The notes below the pieces were generated by a model, which was not told where the DNA came from, made no database searches, and worked only from the letters and a program-made list of their open reading frames with translations. Made by a program: the position numbers and the translations under genes. A stretch of DNA of 64,000 nucleotides, taken from IMG/VR virus record IMGVR_UViG_2706795344_000001, positions 1-64,000 of that record, one strand, 5' to 3'. Within the stretch, counting starts at the first letter, position 1, and the number at the start of each line of letters is the position of its first letter. This document shows, piece after piece, positions 62,800 to 64,000 of this stretch. The stretch comes from a virus (lineage: Duplodnaviria > Caudoviricetes).

Positions 62800-64000
62800 T
62801 TGTCAGGAAAATATACATCAATCTTAATGCAAGAATCGAACTCATATGTGGATAGATTCCCTCAGTTCGTGGATGCAATTACATTTCAAAAGGAGGATTT
62901 GTTCTGGACAGAGAAAGAGATCAAAGTTGAAAAAGATGAACAGGACTTAAAACATAATATCCTACATTCGCAAGTTCACGCTTTGATGTTCAACCAACGA
63001 CTCTTTACTAAATATGAAGATGTCATTGGTAATGATTACTGGATTGGTGTTGTACATAAGAAGTATAAGTGTCATGAAATTCGAAGACTGGCTATTTGTT
63101 TTGCTGATGTCGAGAATAACATTCACTTCCCATTCTATCGTCGTGTGAACGAAGTTTTAGGGACCCATAACGATGAATTCTATGATGCATTTGAGACAGA
63201 CCCTATTTTAGTGGAACGTGTTAAATTCATGCAGGAATTGGTGGCATCGAAAGATACACTGGCATCTATGGGTGGATTTGCTTTCATGGAAGGTGCAGTA
63301 TTATTTACAGCATTTGCTATGATCAAGTCTCTCGGTGTTAAAGGTCAGTCATTTATGCCTAATTTGATTTCAGGTATTAACATGTCTATCCTTGACGAGA
63401 ACTTTCACATGCAGACGGCTTGTGAGATTTTCCGTACACAGTTAGAACTTGAGAATCGTACAGAGGAGGATGTTCGTAAGCTTAAAGAGGCCATCTATAA
63501 GCATGCTGAGAATGTCTTGGAACATGAATACATTATCATTAATGCTATGTTAGCTGAAGGTGATATTCCTTTTGCTTCTAAGAAGGAGTTGCAAGCATTT
63601 GCTCGTCACCGTGTTAACGTTGTATTAACAACTTTAGGTTTCCCTGAGTTAGCCACATTTGATGAGACAGATGATACTATCTCTGAGTGGTTCTATGAAT
63701 TCATGGGTGGGTATACAAGTAACGATAACTTCTATTCTCGTGGTCGTAACTACAAGAAAGAGTTCTCTGCTGTTGACTATGACATTATCTCAAATGGTGC
63801 TGTAGAGGAAGTACTTGCACAAATCCCTGATGAGTATTTAGACCAAATGGGTATTGACTTGAATCGTAAGTTCGAAAAGACTTTAGAGGAAGAGTTAGAG
63901 GCCAAACGTCCTAAACGTAAGAAGCACAACAATGCGGAAGATGCTTTATATGTTCCAGATTACAGTCGTGAACGTAAAGAGATGCAAGCACGTGGTGAAG
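62800..64000 (+). CDS. nrdB: Class I ribonucleotide reductase beta subunit, open past the window end (possible beta-alpha fusion)
   Basis: TTG start with GGAG RBS; FWTEKEI, ENNIHFPFY, MEGAVLF, DENFH; no stop in 400 codons. Confidence 0.9.
   Translation, partial: MSGKYTSILMQESNSYVDRFPQFVDAITFQKEDLFWTEKEIKVEKDEQDLKHNILHSQVHALMFNQRLFTKYEDVIGNDYWIGVVHKKYKCHEIRRLAICFADVENNIHFPFYRRVNEVLGTHNDEFYDAFETDPILVERVKFMQELVASKDTLASMGGFAFMEGAVLFTAFAMIKSLGVKGQSFMPNLISGINMSILDENFHMQTACEIFRTQLELENRTEEDVRKLKEAIYKHAENVLEHEYIIINAMLAEGDIPFASKKELQAFARHRVNVVLTTLGFPELATFDETDDTISEWFYEFMGGYTSNDNFYSRGRNYKKEFSAVDYDIISNGAVEEVLAQIPDEYLDQMGIDLNRKFEKTLEEELEAKRPKRKKHNNAEDALYVPDYSRERKEMQARGE

Overview
This is a 64-kb segment of a lytic, AT-rich tailed phage with a contractile tail. 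The tail-fibre-type motifs and overall layout suggest an Acinetobacter myovirus of about 100 kb (Saclayvirus-like); this is an inference, not a database result. Layout: (1) 1-6.5 kb, small minus-strand early genes, including a four-member paralog array; (2) 6.5-11.1 kb, sigma70-type promoters driving an RNA cluster of 18 tRNA genes interleaved with about 8 non-tRNA structured segments and a GroES-like gene; (3) 11.1-47.1 kb, the virion module: terminase, portal, S49 protease/scaffold, capsid, a 3259-aa fibre-like giant protein, neck, sheath, tube, tape measure, baseplate, fibre, holin-like genes and a GH19 endolysin; (4) 47.1-50.5 kb, minus-strand genes ending in a winged-helix initiator-like gene with four 22-bp iteron-like repeats upstream; (5) 50.6-64 kb, replication and nucleotide genes (dCMP deaminase, primase-helicase, family A polymerase, nucleases, MazG-like protein) and a ribonucleotide reductase beta ORF that runs without a stop into alpha-subunit-like sequence. 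The strongest candidates for novelty are the tRNA-punctuated array of structured RNAs (two of them ~150-nt CCA-ended tRNA mimics), the apparent NrdB-NrdA fusion, the iteron/initiator origin, and the giant fibre in the head module that shares a domain with a baseplate protein. All RNA folds were paired by eye and all protein calls come from motif recognition; no searches were run.
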